Positions 27,489 through 36,548 of a stretch of DNA of 46,074 nt are shown in pieces. Under the pieces are notes generated by a model. That model made no database searches. It saw nothing but the letters and a program-made list of their open reading frames with translations, and had not been told where the DNA came from. A program made the translations under genes and the position numbers. Each line of letters opens with the position of its first letter. Within the stretch, counting starts at the first letter, position 1. Source of the DNA: Candidatus Micrarchaeota archaeon (GTDB lineage: Archaea; Micrarchaeota; Micrarchaeia; Anstonellales; Bilamarchaeaceae); contig WJMN01000027.1 of assembly GCA_014727925.1 (NCBI GenBank), positions 1 to 46,074 on the forward strand, given 5' to 3'.

Positions 27489-28703
27489 ATGGAATACGAC
27501 CACGATGTTATCATTGTAGGAGCAGGCCCCTCAGGCGCAACAATTTCCCGCATCCTCGCCCAGGAAGGCCTGGATGTGATGGTTTTTGACAAGCGCAAGG
27601 AACTCGGGGAGCCAGTCCGCTGCGGAGAAGGTCTCGGAGCCCGCGAAGTAGTTGCACAGGGCATAGACATCCCAAAGCAGTGCATTTCCACGGATATCCA
27701 TGGCGCAAAGGTTATCGCCCCGGACGGCTCGGAGATAGTCTGGAAGGACAAGGAAACCACAGGCTGGGTTCTCGAAAGAAAAATGTTTGATAAGTGGCTG
27801 ATGGAGCAGGCAGTGCATAAAGGCGCCCGCGCCCAGTCCTACACCCGCGTTTTTGACCTAGTAAAAAAAGACGGAAAAACCTCAGGGGTAAAAGTAACCC
27901 ATGGAGACCGAGACCCCTACGAAGTCACCGCCCCGCTGATAATTTCCGCAGAAGGAATGGAGGCCTCCCTTGCTAGGAAAGCAGGCTTCCGCGCCCTATC
28001 CACGCTTTATGATGTGGATACCTGCTACCAGTATGAGATGCAGGAATACGACCATGAAAACCTAATTGAGCTTTATTTTGGAAACGAGGTTTCCCCAAGG
28101 GGGTACGTCTGGATTTTCCCAAAAGCAGACAAAAAAGCCAATGTGGGAATAGGAATTGGCGCCCACCTTGAAACAGGGGAGAAGGAAGGCGGAATTAAAG
28201 GCGCCACTCCCAAGGGCTACCTTGACCGGTTTATAGAAAACCACCACCAGCTCAAAAACGCCTCCAAGCTCCAGGATTTCGGAGGCGTAATCTCTGTAGG
28301 CTCCCCCATAGATTCCTTTGCAAAAGACAACTTTATGGTTGTAGGCACAGGAGCCCGCCAGGTTGATCCAATTCACGGAGGCGGAATCGCCCTTGCAATG
28401 GAATCTGGGGTAATGGCAGCAAACACCATTCTGAGGGCCCACAAGGCAAAAGACTACTCTGAAGAGTTCCTAAGTGAATACGAAACTACCTGGCGCGAAG
28501 GCCCGGGCAAGAAGGTTGCAAAGCGCCTCCTTTTGCGCAAGGTAATGGAAGCAGCAAAAGACGATGATTTTAATCATATCTTCAAGTCCATAACCGACAA
28601 AGACCTTAGCGAGGTGATGGCAGGAAAATTTGCAGGCCCGGTCTCAAAAGTAGTTGCAGGAAGGCCCCAGCTCATGGGCCTGCTCAAGGCTCTTGTGAGT
28701 TGA
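27489..28703 (+). CDS. Digeranylgeranylglycerophospholipid (geranylgeranyl) reductase
   Basis: VGAGPSG, PVRCGEG, ERKMFDKWL, PRGYVWIFPK, DPIHGGGI; cotranscribed with the ferredoxin. Confidence 0.92.
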   Translation: MEYDHDVIIVGAGPSGATISRILAQEGLDVMVFDKRKELGEPVRCGEGLGAREVVAQGIDIPKQCISTDIHGAKVIAPDGSEIVWKDKETTGWVLERKMFDKWLMEQAVHKGARAQSYTRVFDLVKKDGKTSGVKVTHGDRDPYEVTAPLIISAEGMEASLARKAGFRALSTLYDVDTCYQYEMQEYDHENLIELYFGNEVSPRGYVWIFPKADKKANVGIGIGAHLETGEKEGGIKGATPKGYLDRFIENHHQLKNASKLQDFGGVISVGSPIDSFAKDNFMVVGTGARQVDPIHGGGIALAMESGVMAANTILRAHKAKDYSEEFLSEYETTWREGPGKKVAKRLLLRKVMEAAKDDDFNHIFKSITDKDLSEVMAGKFAGPVSKVVAGRPQLMGLLKALVS

Positions 28704-29508
28704 GTTCTTCCTGCACAGCCCACGTTTCCTTTCTTTCAAGCTCCCTATTTAGCTTAACCAACTCCCTGGAGCTGTATTCGATGGCATCCGCAATCTTTTT
28801 TGCAGAAGCTGAAACCTCTTCTCCCAATATGCAGGCAAGCTCAATATTCTTGATCCTTTTTTTATGTTTTGCATACTTCATGGCCCCAAAGACAAATGCA
28901 GCAATGCCTGCAAATCCTGCCACAAAAGCCGAATGGATATCAAATATTGCTGAAGAGCTTCCGGCAATTGCCCCTCCGATTGCCCCCCCATAAATAGCGC
29001 CTTTTAGCACACCCTCTGCCCCAGACCCTTCAAGCTTTCTTACAAGTCCAGGGTCTGCGGTCATTGCATTTTCAAGGCTTTCGAAATAGTTCTGCCCTGT
29101 CATGAGCAGTGCCATATTTTTTTGTGATTCCATCAATAGAGAATTTCTGCAGAACACCGTTTCATAGTTCTCACGTGTTGCCATGTTCCTAAGCGAGCCA
29201 ACAACAGGGGTATATCCTAGCACATCAGGAGAGGTAACAATCTTCCTCCCTCTTCTATTTTTTTGGTCAAATAGATTCACTTCAAAGCAATTCTCCCTAC
29301 TCCAGCTCAGCGACAGGTTTTCACCATGGCCCTTTAGCGAGGGATTTGCATTCTCCATGCCCCTGAGCGTCATCAGCCAGACAATCTGCTCTTTGCCCGG
29401 GTCAATCTTCTTATATCTGGCAATAGCCTTAGTTATTTTTCCATTCGTTTCTGAAACTCTGTTGCGCAGTGCTTCGCCTCCGCCTTTTTTTCCAAAAGAA
29501 TTCCTCAT
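28684..29508 (-). CDS. Hypothetical membrane protein with glycine-zipper hairpin and coiled-coil tail
   Basis: GAIYGGAIGGAIAG followed by a second hydrophobic helix and a KHKKR stop-transfer stretch. Confidence 0.65.
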   Translation of the reverse strand: MRNSFGKKGGGEALRNRVSETNGKITKAIARYKKIDPGKEQIVWLMTLRGMENANPSLKGHGENLSLSWSRENCFEVNLFDQKNRRGRKIVTSPDVLGYTPVVGSLRNMATRENYETVFCRNSLLMESQKNMALLMTGQNYFESLENAMTADPGLVRKLEGSGAEGVLKGAIYGGAIGGAIAGSSSAIFDIHSAFVAGFAGIAAFVFGAMKYAKHKKRIKNIELACILGEEVSASAKKIADAIEYSSRELVKLNRELERKETWAVQEELNSQEP

Positions 29509-29634
29509 CTTTCTTTTAGTGTTTAAAAAAGTTTAAAAATGTATCAAGGGTTTCGGCTCTCTCCACTTACCCATACATATTTATTCCTTATTAATATATA
29601 AACAACCATTAGTCAAGGCTGAAGGTGTCCAAAA

Positions 29635-30741
29635 ATGGGCAAAATAAGATGCGGCGTAGTCGGAGTGGGAAATTGCTTTGCAGGCCTCTACCAGGGCCTC
29701 CATTATTACAAAGAGCATCCTGAAAAAGAGGTAATCGGCCTGATGCACCAGGATATGGCAGGCTACCGCACCCAGGATATTGAATTCGTCTCAGCTTTTG
29801 ATGTGGCCTCAAACAAGGTAGGCAAAACTCTTGATGAGGCAACATATGCTGCCCCAAACATGGTGGACTGGGCAAAGCTGCCCAAAAGCGATGTCATTGT
29901 TCGGGAGTCTCCGATTCTAGATGGCGTGGGCAAATACGTAAAAGACGTAATCAACCCGGTAGAAGAAAATTCCCCCGAACAATTAAGGGAAGATATAAAT
30001 AGCCACATAAAGGAAACCAAAACCGAAATAATCGTAAGCTACCTTCCCGTGGGAAGCCAGAAGGCTGCAGAGTTCTGGGCCGAAATCTGCCTGGAAACCG
30101 GAGCTGCCTTTGTAAACTGCATGCCGGTATTTATTGCTTCGGACCCGGACTGGGAGAGCCGCTTCCGCAAAAAAGGAATCCCAATAATCGGGGATGATAT
30201 AAAGGGCCAGCTGGGCGCCACTATAGTCCACCGGGTGCTTACCCGCCTTACCCAGGACCGCGGCGCGGAGCTGGACAAAACCTACCAGCTCAACGTTGGT
30301 GGAAACACCGATTTCCAGAATATGCTTGAGCGCTCCCGCCTAGAATCCAAGAAGGTTTCTAAGACAGAGTCAGTCCAGTCCCAGATGAAGAAAAGGATTC
30401 CGGAAGACAATATCCACATAGGCCCCAGCGACCACGTTCCGTTCCTAAAAAACACCAAGCTATGTTTCCTTTATATGGAAGGGCGCCAGTGGGCGGACAT
30501 TCCATACAAGATTGACCTCAAGCTTGATGTGGATGACAAGGCAAACTCTGCAGGCATTGTGGTGGATGCGGTGCGCGCAGCCAGGATTGCCCTGGACCGC
30601 AATTATGGGGGCGCAATAGAGTCGGCATCCGCCTACCTGATGAAGCATCCTCCTGTGCAGATGAGCGATTCTGAAGCAAAGATGGCCCTGAACTATTTCA
30701 TCATGGACAGGGAGCATAAGACAGGAGTCAAAAATCAGTAA
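29635..30741 (+). CDS. ino1: myo-Inositol-1-phosphate synthase
   Basis: GVGNC, YLPVGS, GDDIKGQLGAT, QLNVGGNTDF, SKKVSKT, IGPSD, NSAG, MKHPP. Confidence 0.95.
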   Translation: MGKIRCGVVGVGNCFAGLYQGLHYYKEHPEKEVIGLMHQDMAGYRTQDIEFVSAFDVASNKVGKTLDEATYAAPNMVDWAKLPKSDVIVRESPILDGVGKYVKDVINPVEENSPEQLREDINSHIKETKTEIIVSYLPVGSQKAAEFWAEICLETGAAFVNCMPVFIASDPDWESRFRKKGIPIIGDDIKGQLGATIVHRVLTRLTQDRGAELDKTYQLNVGGNTDFQNMLERSRLESKKVSKTESVQSQMKKRIPEDNIHIGPSDHVPFLKNTKLCFLYMEGRQWADIPYKIDLKLDVDDKANSAGIVVDAVRAARIALDRNYGGAIESASAYLMKHPPVQMSDSEAKMALNYFIMDREHKTGVKNQ

Positions 30742-31351
30742 GCTTGGGCTGGAGGATGCGCTTCATTGTGCTCCATCTTTCCCTTATCTCCCCTATCAGT
30801 TTTTTTCTTGTTTCCGGGTTTCTTAGTGCAGCAATCGTATCCTTATCTGAAGTGTATCCACAACCTATTTTTTCTCCAACCCGTTTTTCCAGCTCATGCA
30901 CCATCCTATCCCGCGTAACTTTTGCAATTATTGATGCAGCCCCGACAATGGGGTATTTTAGGTCCGCTTTGTGCTCTGCAACAATTCCCCGTTCTGCGAG
31001 CCCCGCCTTCCTCAGGAAATGCTCCACGTTTCTTTCCGGCAAGTCCAGGTAGATCTTACCTTCCAGCGGCTTAATCAGCGCCCCCATCTCCTTTGCTTCA
31101 ATCAGGTTCAGGGATTCTCTCCCCATCCTTCTATTCAGTTCTGAAGCAGCAATAATCCTGGAACTGCATCTGCACAGTTTGTTTATCTCTGGAAAAAGCT
31201 CTTCCCTCCTGGAGGCAGTGAGCTTTTTGGAATCAGTAACCCCCATCTCAGAGAGTTCCCCCCGTCTTTCCTCCTCAATACTCGCTACAGAAATAATAAG
31301 CGGGCCAAGCACTGGCCCTCTCCCGCTTTCATCCACACCAGAGAGGAGCAT
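30728..31351 (-). CDS. rnhB: Ribonuclease HII with C-terminal PIP-box
   Basis: GVDESGRGPVLGP, DSKKL, HKAD, AASIIAKVTRD; C-terminal QPKLTDF. Confidence 0.95.
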   Translation of the reverse strand: MLLSGVDESGRGPVLGPLIISVASIEEERRGELSEMGVTDSKKLTASRREELFPEINKLCRCSSRIIAASELNRRMGRESLNLIEAKEMGALIKPLEGKIYLDLPERNVEHFLRKAGLAERGIVAEHKADLKYPIVGAASIIAKVTRDRMVHELEKRVGEKIGCGYTSDKDTIAALRNPETRKKLIGEIRERWSTMKRILQPKLTDF

Positions 31352-31356
31352 GTGCC

Positions 31357-31617
31357 CTACTCTGTATGGAAGCTTCTCTTCTCAACAATTACGAAGTCCC
31401 CCACTGCGAGCACAGCATCATAGGGACACATAATCAGCCCATCTTCCTGCCTCATCTCTTCAGCAAGCGGATTGTCCGGATTGGGCTCAACAATAAGCTC
31501 CTCGATTTTGCCGGTTATCTCATTTATGTTTACATCAACGAGTCTTCCGAATTCCTCACCGTCGTTGGTGATGACCTTTTTTCCTGACATTTGTCTAGCG
31601 AGTGTGTACTTGCCCAT
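31357..31617 (-). CDS. PRC-barrel protein (CdpB-like cell-division family)
   Basis: GKKVITNDGEEFGRLVDV, TGKI..LIVEP, PYDAVLAVGDFVIV. Confidence 0.85.
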   Translation of the reverse strand: MGKYTLARQMSGKKVITNDGEEFGRLVDVNINEITGKIEELIVEPNPDNPLAEEMRQEDGLIMCPYDAVLAVGDFVIVEKRSFHTE

Positions 31618-31689
31618 TGGAACGCACCGAGAGTTTATTACTTAAAAAGTTTATAAACCCTACTCTTTTAATTCAGTAGGGTGGTCCTA

Positions 31690-32325
31690 ATGGTCGAGAA
31701 ATTATTCAGAAAAGAGCCTTACCTGGGCTCCTGCGAATCTACAGTGGCCTCTTCAGAGGGCCGGGAAGTCACCCTGGACAAAACAGTATTTTTTGCTTTT
31801 TCAGGGGGACAGCAGTCTGACTCAGGCACCATAGGAGGCTTCAACGTACTTGAAGCACGGGCAGAAGGCCCGGAAATCCACTATAAGCTAGAAGAAGGCG
31901 CTAACATTAAGGAAGGCGACAGGGTGGAAGTAAGAATTGACATGGAAAAAAGAAAACGCATCATGTGCCTGCATTCTGCCGCCCATCTTGTTTATGGTGT
32001 TTTTTCCAAACAATATGGACCCAAGAAGCTAATTGGCTCCAATGTAACAGGAGACAAGGCAAGGATAGATTTTGAGCATCCAGAATCAGTTTCCGGACTC
32101 CTCCCCCCAGTAGAAGAGGAAGCCAACAGGCTTATTGATGAAAATCCCCCTGCAAAAACATACCCTGATGAACATAACCCAGATACATGGTGGTGGGAGT
32201 GCATGGACTTCAAATACCCCTGTGGAGGCACCCATGTACAATCCTTAGGGGAAATCGGCAAAATAAAGCTCAAAAGAAAAAATATCGGTTCAGGCAAGGA
32301 ACGGATAGAGATAACTCTAGCGTAA
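31690..32325 (+). CDS. alaX: AlaX-M alanyl-tRNA editing protein
   Basis: GGQQSDSG, Zn ligands HSAAH and CGGTH. Confidence 0.92.
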   Translation: MVEKLFRKEPYLGSCESTVASSEGREVTLDKTVFFAFSGGQQSDSGTIGGFNVLEARAEGPEIHYKLEEGANIKEGDRVEVRIDMEKRKRIMCLHSAAHLVYGVFSKQYGPKKLIGSNVTGDKARIDFEHPESVSGLLPPVEEEANRLIDENPPAKTYPDEHNPDTWWWECMDFKYPCGGTHVQSLGEIGKIKLKRKNIGSGKERIEITLA

Positions 32326-32367
32326 AACGGGCCATGTTTTCTTCAGCTATGTTGAAGAGATGCAGCC

Positions 32368-32412
32368 GAATCGTGAACTCTGTTCACTAGAAGAAAGCGA
32401 AGCTTTCTCAGA
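32368..32412. repeat. Dispersed double-hairpin palindromic element, copy 1
   Basis: gaatcGTGAACtctGTTCACtagaAGAAAGCgaaGCTTTCTcaga; 39 of 45 positions identical to 45982-46026. Confidence 0.85.
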
Positions 32413-32466
32413 GGTTACAAAGATTGCGGAAATTTTTACCACAGCTTAACACAGCACCCAAAAATT

Positions 32467-33612
32467 TCAGGGCTGCATCCACTCTATCTCGTAATATTCG
32501 TATTTGCTTCCGGGCAATTCAATCCTCTTAATCAAGTAGTAAGTAACTGAGCTTTCCCTATCCGCAATTGCCACAAGCAAATCCAGCCCTCTTCCCAGGC
32601 AGGTTCTGAGTGAGGCAGCTAGCTCTTCTCCCCCAAGATACTCATCCTCCGAAAGCGAGAGCATCAGGAATGAGGGGTTTCCTGTTTTTGGGGATTCTAC
32701 ATCCTGCCCCTTCCTGTGGTAGAGGGCAAAATCCACCTCCCCCTTCTTTACTTTTCCCCTTCCCGGAATTGCAAGTATAAACGTTTTCTTAACTGAATGC
32801 GCTACCCTTATTGCCCTGGCCCATTCTGAAATAAGAAGCGAGCTTTTCCTTGGAAAAACGTGCAGCACGTGCTTTGAATGCGTCCATTCCCTGCCCTTTC
32901 CAGGCCCTGCTCCAGGAGGGTAAATCCTGAAATGCGTACCAAACTTGAAACCTGTTTTTACAACATACCCCGCCTCTCTCCATTCCCGGTAAACATTGTT
33001 AAGATCCTCAAAATATTCAATCCTCCCGCATGCCACTTTCTTGATTTTCCCTGCATCGCAGTTTTCCAGCAGCAGTTTTTTCTTGTCTATCAACAGGAGG
33101 GTCTCAAATACGTCCAGTTTTGAGATGCTTCCTCTGTGCGCGGCCTTGTAAGTGCCCATCTGGCCCAGCCAGTATTCCTGATAAAGTTTCTCCCCCGCTT
33201 CCTTATCATCAATGGTACATATCAGGTCATCAAGGAAAAACATTCCCCCTGCCGTTTGCATTTCCAGCCCAATTTCCCCCCGCATATACCTATGTAAGGA
33301 ATTCTCCCCCTTGCTTCCTTTCTCCCCCTTTTCCGGCTTGATGAACAGCCCCCGGTCCCTCCAGTCCTTGTAAGTCATGTATCTCGCAAGGAGCTTTTTT
33401 CCAGAAAATTTCCCTGCCAGTTCATTGAATCCAATCACCATTCCCTCAGAATCTATGCATTCTGCCCCCCTCACATCAATAAGGTAAAGGGCCTCCTCCG
33501 GCTCCAGCACTATCCCTTCTTTTCTTTTTTCTCCATACTGCCCCTTTACGAGCGCAGTAATTGTTTGTGCATCTCCGGCAACTGCCTGCTTTCCGTCCCA
33601 AGAAAGTTTCAT
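32467..33612 (-). CDS. endA: tRNA splicing endonuclease, three-unit epsilon (ARMAN/Micrarchaeota) type
   Basis: Partial N-unit (EEALYL...YKDWRDRG), full catalytic unit (GFKFGTHFRIY, THSKH, VAHSVKK giving the Y/H/K triad) with a GTYK insertion loop, and a C-terminal structural unit; 381 aa. Confidence 0.9.
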   Translation of the reverse strand: MKLSWDGKQAVAGDAQTITALVKGQYGEKRKEGIVLEPEEALYLIDVRGAECIDSEGMVIGFNELAGKFSGKKLLARYMTYKDWRDRGLFIKPEKGEKGSKGENSLHRYMRGEIGLEMQTAGGMFFLDDLICTIDDKEAGEKLYQEYWLGQMGTYKAAHRGSISKLDVFETLLLIDKKKLLLENCDAGKIKKVACGRIEYFEDLNNVYREWREAGYVVKTGFKFGTHFRIYPPGAGPGKGREWTHSKHVLHVFPRKSSLLISEWARAIRVAHSVKKTFILAIPGRGKVKKGEVDFALYHRKGQDVESPKTGNPSFLMLSLSEDEYLGGEELAASLRTCLGRGLDLLVAIADRESSVTYYLIKRIELPGSKYEYYEIEWMQP

Positions 33613-33662
33613 AACTGCTCTTTACCTGCAAGAGTTTAAATTATTCCCGCCCAAACAATCTC

Positions 33663-34046
33663 ATGGAATCAGAGCGTGCCCCTGATGTTCAGTTCATGCT
33701 TGAGGAAATACTTGAGCAGCTTCAGCTTGAGCATGTTATAAATTCCAGGATTATATGCATGCGGAGCCGCGGTGCAAAGGTAGCTGCCTATGCCCGCATA
33801 TGGTCTCTCCCCGCAATCTGGAGGAATGCCCTGGAAATCAACCCCTTTTACATAATAGAGGTGGTAAGCGAGGAGTACGACCATCTCCCAGAAGAGGAAA
33901 AAAAGAAAATCCTAATCCACGAGCTCCTTCACATCCCAAAGAAATTCACCGGGGGACTAGTACCCCACAAGAACCGCGGAAGAAGAATAGATGACCGTTT
34001 TGTTGATGAGCTTTATTCCCGCTACCGTTCTGCAAGAAAGGTATGA
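33663..34046 (+). CDS. Putative metallopeptidase (COG4900-like)
   Basis: YARIW, YIIEV, LIHELLHIP (HExxH), PH. Confidence 0.8.
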   Translation: MESERAPDVQFMLEEILEQLQLEHVINSRIICMRSRGAKVAAYARIWSLPAIWRNALEINPFYIIEVVSEEYDHLPEEEKKKILIHELLHIPKKFTGGLVPHKNRGRRIDDRFVDELYSRYRSARKV

Positions 34047-34052
34047 ACCTGC

Positions 34053-34529
34053 CTATCCAAATCCTGCACGGTAAGCTTTTACGAAGTTTATTTCCTCCTG
34101 CCCAACAAATGCATAAAAAAGAGCCTTTCTCATTTTCCCAGAAACCTGCAAATCCTCAAGCAGTGGGGGCTGTTCATCCATAGGGAGCACTTTAAGCAGG
34201 AATTCTGTGCGGTCCTGCCCAACTCTTATTCCCTTTTTGTAAATCCTGAGAAAGCTTCCCGGCCCGAAACGGACAATCCTGCCGGATTCCCGCAGCTTCT
34301 CTAACACAAGGAATTTTTCCCTTGCCAGAGAGTCTTCATGCAGGGCAATCCCAATGAGTTCACTGCTGCTTTTTCCTGTTGATATTTTTCCTTTTTCCTG
34401 GAAGTAGGCAGCTTCAATAAGGGGCATTTCCAGCACCCCGTCGTTTTCTCTTCCTGCACCGAGCAGCCCCAGTTTTTCAACCATCTCCGGGTTGTCCTCT
34501 AGGTACCTACCCTGTTCTATTTTCCCCAT
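34053..34529 (-). CDS. Non-catalytic tRNA-splicing-endonuclease-like (beta/pseudo-beta) subunit
   Basis: IEAAYF, LEKLRESGRIVR, FLRIYKKG, GKMRKALFYAFV; the catalytic His is absent. Confidence 0.7.
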   Translation of the reverse strand: MGKIEQGRYLEDNPEMVEKLGLLGAGRENDGVLEMPLIEAAYFQEKGKISTGKSSSELIGIALHEDSLAREKFLVLEKLRESGRIVRFGPGSFLRIYKKGIRVGQDRTEFLLKVLPMDEQPPLLEDLQVSGKMRKALFYAFVGQEEINFVKAYRAGFG

Positions 34530-34987
34530 TACTCATGCCTCTTTTTTCCAATATATCCGGAAATGCATCCAGACATTTTTTCCAGGTATTTGTTGGGTAT
34601 GCTCCCCATCGTAATCTCTGTTTTTGTTGTGCCTGCAGTGTCCACCTTTAGTGTCCCAAGCATGAATACCCGGTCAATAAGGTTATGGTCCACGTTTATG
34701 TTGGTTATTCTTTCATATGGCACGTAAGTGGTTTTCTTGTTGAACAGCCCCTTGTGCAGGGTAATTCCCTCAGTATCCACGTCTATGTACTGGATTTTTG
34801 CTTTAATAAATGAGATTACCCCTGAAGCCCCTGCAAGTACCCATACTAGAAAAATTAGTGCGTGGAGCGGCAGCTCCATCCAGTTATTCAGGCTGAAGAG
34901 AATAAAACTGACTACCACTGCGGCGACAAATGCTGTGAAATATTCCCTTCTTCCGGAACGCCGCACGACAAATTCAGTTTCAACCAT
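34529..34987 (-). CDS. Membrane protein with bacterial PH (bPH_2) domain
   Basis: Two TM helices, then KGLFNKKTTYVPYERITNINV...GTLKVDTAG. Confidence 0.85.
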   Translation of the reverse strand: MVETEFVVRRSGRREYFTAFVAAVVVSFILFSLNNWMELPLHALIFLVWVLAGASGVISFIKAKIQYIDVDTEGITLHKGLFNKKTTYVPYERITNINVDHNLIDRVFMLGTLKVDTAGTTKTEITMGSIPNKYLEKMSGCISGYIGKKRHE

Positions 34988-35041
34988 ATGCAGAAACAGT
35001 TATAAACAAAGAAATAAAAATCAATTGCAGGTGCACTCAAA

Positions 35042-35422
35042 ATGATAATATATACAGATGGAGCGTGTTCAGGCAATCCCGGCCCAATGGGAGTGGGGGC
35101 GGTTGTTTACAAGGGAGGGAAAATCCTCATGGAAATAAGCGAGAACCACGGGGACGGAACCAACAATATTGCAGAATACCTTGCAGTAAGGCGGGGTCTT
35201 GAGGAGGCGATCACTCTTGGTGCGGACGCAGTGGAGGTCCGCACAGATAGCCGCCTGGTGGTGCGCCAGCTTAGCGGCAAGTTCCGCATCAAAAAGCCCC
35301 ATCTTCGGGAGCTCAAAGCAGAGATAGAGGAGCTTTCCGAGGGCCTGGATGTGCGGTATACCTGGATTGAGAGGGAAAAGAACAATCTTGCAGACAAGCT
35401 TGCAAAAGATGCAATAAGGTGA
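35042..35422 (+). CDS. rnhA: Ribonuclease HI
   Basis: YTDGACSGNPGP, TNNIAEY, TDSRLV, WIEREKNNLADKLA. Confidence 0.93.
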   Translation: MIIYTDGACSGNPGPMGVGAVVYKGGKILMEISENHGDGTNNIAEYLAVRRGLEEAITLGADAVEVRTDSRLVVRQLSGKFRIKKPHLRELKAEIEELSEGLDVRYTWIEREKNNLADKLAKDAIR

Positions 35423-35423
35423 G

Positions 35424-36548
35424 GTGGTGAGAAGGGATCCTGGCACTTATTTCACTTTTGAGGCTTCCAAGCCCCTCCCCTTCCACCGCTGGTTTTACTA
35501 CAAGGAAGCATTTTCCCCTCCGGTTGTTGATTATTTTCTTGAATATTTTTCTTCCACCGGCCCTGTTTTTGACCCCTTTTCCGGAATAGGCACAACTCCA
35601 CTTTCCTGCAAAGCGTCCGGCTTGAAAAGCACAGCAATAGATATATCCCCCCTAGCTGTTTTTGCTTCACGCACAAAATGCGCAGATTATTCAGAAGAGG
35701 ATATTGGGGCTGCAAAAAATGAGCTCAAGGCCTTTTTCAAGAACCGGCAGGAACCCAGTTTCAGCTGGGATTTTGAGCTTTTCTCACCCCGCAAATTCTT
35801 CTCCAAGCGCAATTACAATGACATCTGCTTTATCCGGGAAAAAATTGAACAGATGGAAAACCAGAAAGTAGGCTCCCTGTTTCTCCTGGCCCTCCTCTCC
35901 ATACTCCCCCAGTCCGGCTTCTTCATAAAAGACGGCGGAGTTCTGCGCCTTGAAAAATCCAAGAGCGCCATCCCCGCAAAACATGCGTTCAAGAAAAAAG
36001 TAAAGCAGATGCTGGGAGATATAGAAATCAGCCCCATCTCCGGCCCTGAGCCGGAAATATTCCTTGCAGATGCCCGCAGCTTTTCTCCCCCTCCCCATGA
36101 ACTATTCATAACCTCCCCCCCATACCTCAACAACATAGACTATTCCAAGGTTTATGGATTAGAGCTTTCCCTGCTTTCTATGGAGAAGAATGCATCCCTC
36201 CAGATGCGCAGGGAGGCTCTGCGCTCATTCATCACAAAAGACTCAAGCAGGTCCGAGCCCCCGGAAGAAGCGGGTGAAATCGCCCACAGGATTCCGGTTG
36301 CAGGCCAGTATTTCTCAGACATGGAGAAAGTGCTCCAAAATCTCTACAAAAGTACAGAAAAAGGTGGTGCCCTGATTGTGGGCAATGCAGTTCTCCAGGG
36401 AGAGCACATAGAAGTGGACAGAATTCTTGGGGAAATAGGGAAAAGAATCGGGTTCGAATATGAAATTCCTCTCTGGATGGAAAGGATTGCGGACGTAAAG
36501 CCGGCAAAATTAAAAGTGCGGGAAAGTGCAGTAGTATTCAGGAAATAG
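35424..36548 (+). CDS. Orphan amino (N4C-like) DNA methyltransferase
   Basis: HRWFYYKEAFS, motif I DPFSGIGTT, motif IV TSPPY. Confidence 0.85.
   Translation: MVRRDPGTYFTFEASKPLPFHRWFYYKEAFSPPVVDYFLEYFSSTGPVFDPFSGIGTTPLSCKASGLKSTAIDISPLAVFASRTKCADYSEEDIGAAKNELKAFFKNRQEPSFSWDFELFSPRKFFSKRNYNDICFIREKIEQMENQKVGSLFLLALLSILPQSGFFIKDGGVLRLEKSKSAIPAKHAFKKKVKQMLGDIEISPISGPEPEIFLADARSFSPPPHELFITSPPYLNNIDYSKVYGLELSLLSMEKNASLQMRREALRSFITKDSSRSEPPEEAGEIAHRIPVAGQYFSDMEKVLQNLYKSTEKGGALIVGNAVLQGEHIEVDRILGEIGKRIGFEYEIPLWMERIADVKPAKLKVRESAVVFRK

Noticed and set aside
30728-35422. Co-occurrence of RNase HI and RNase HII as a novelty
   Set aside because: Archaeal RNase HI homologues alongside HII are already known.
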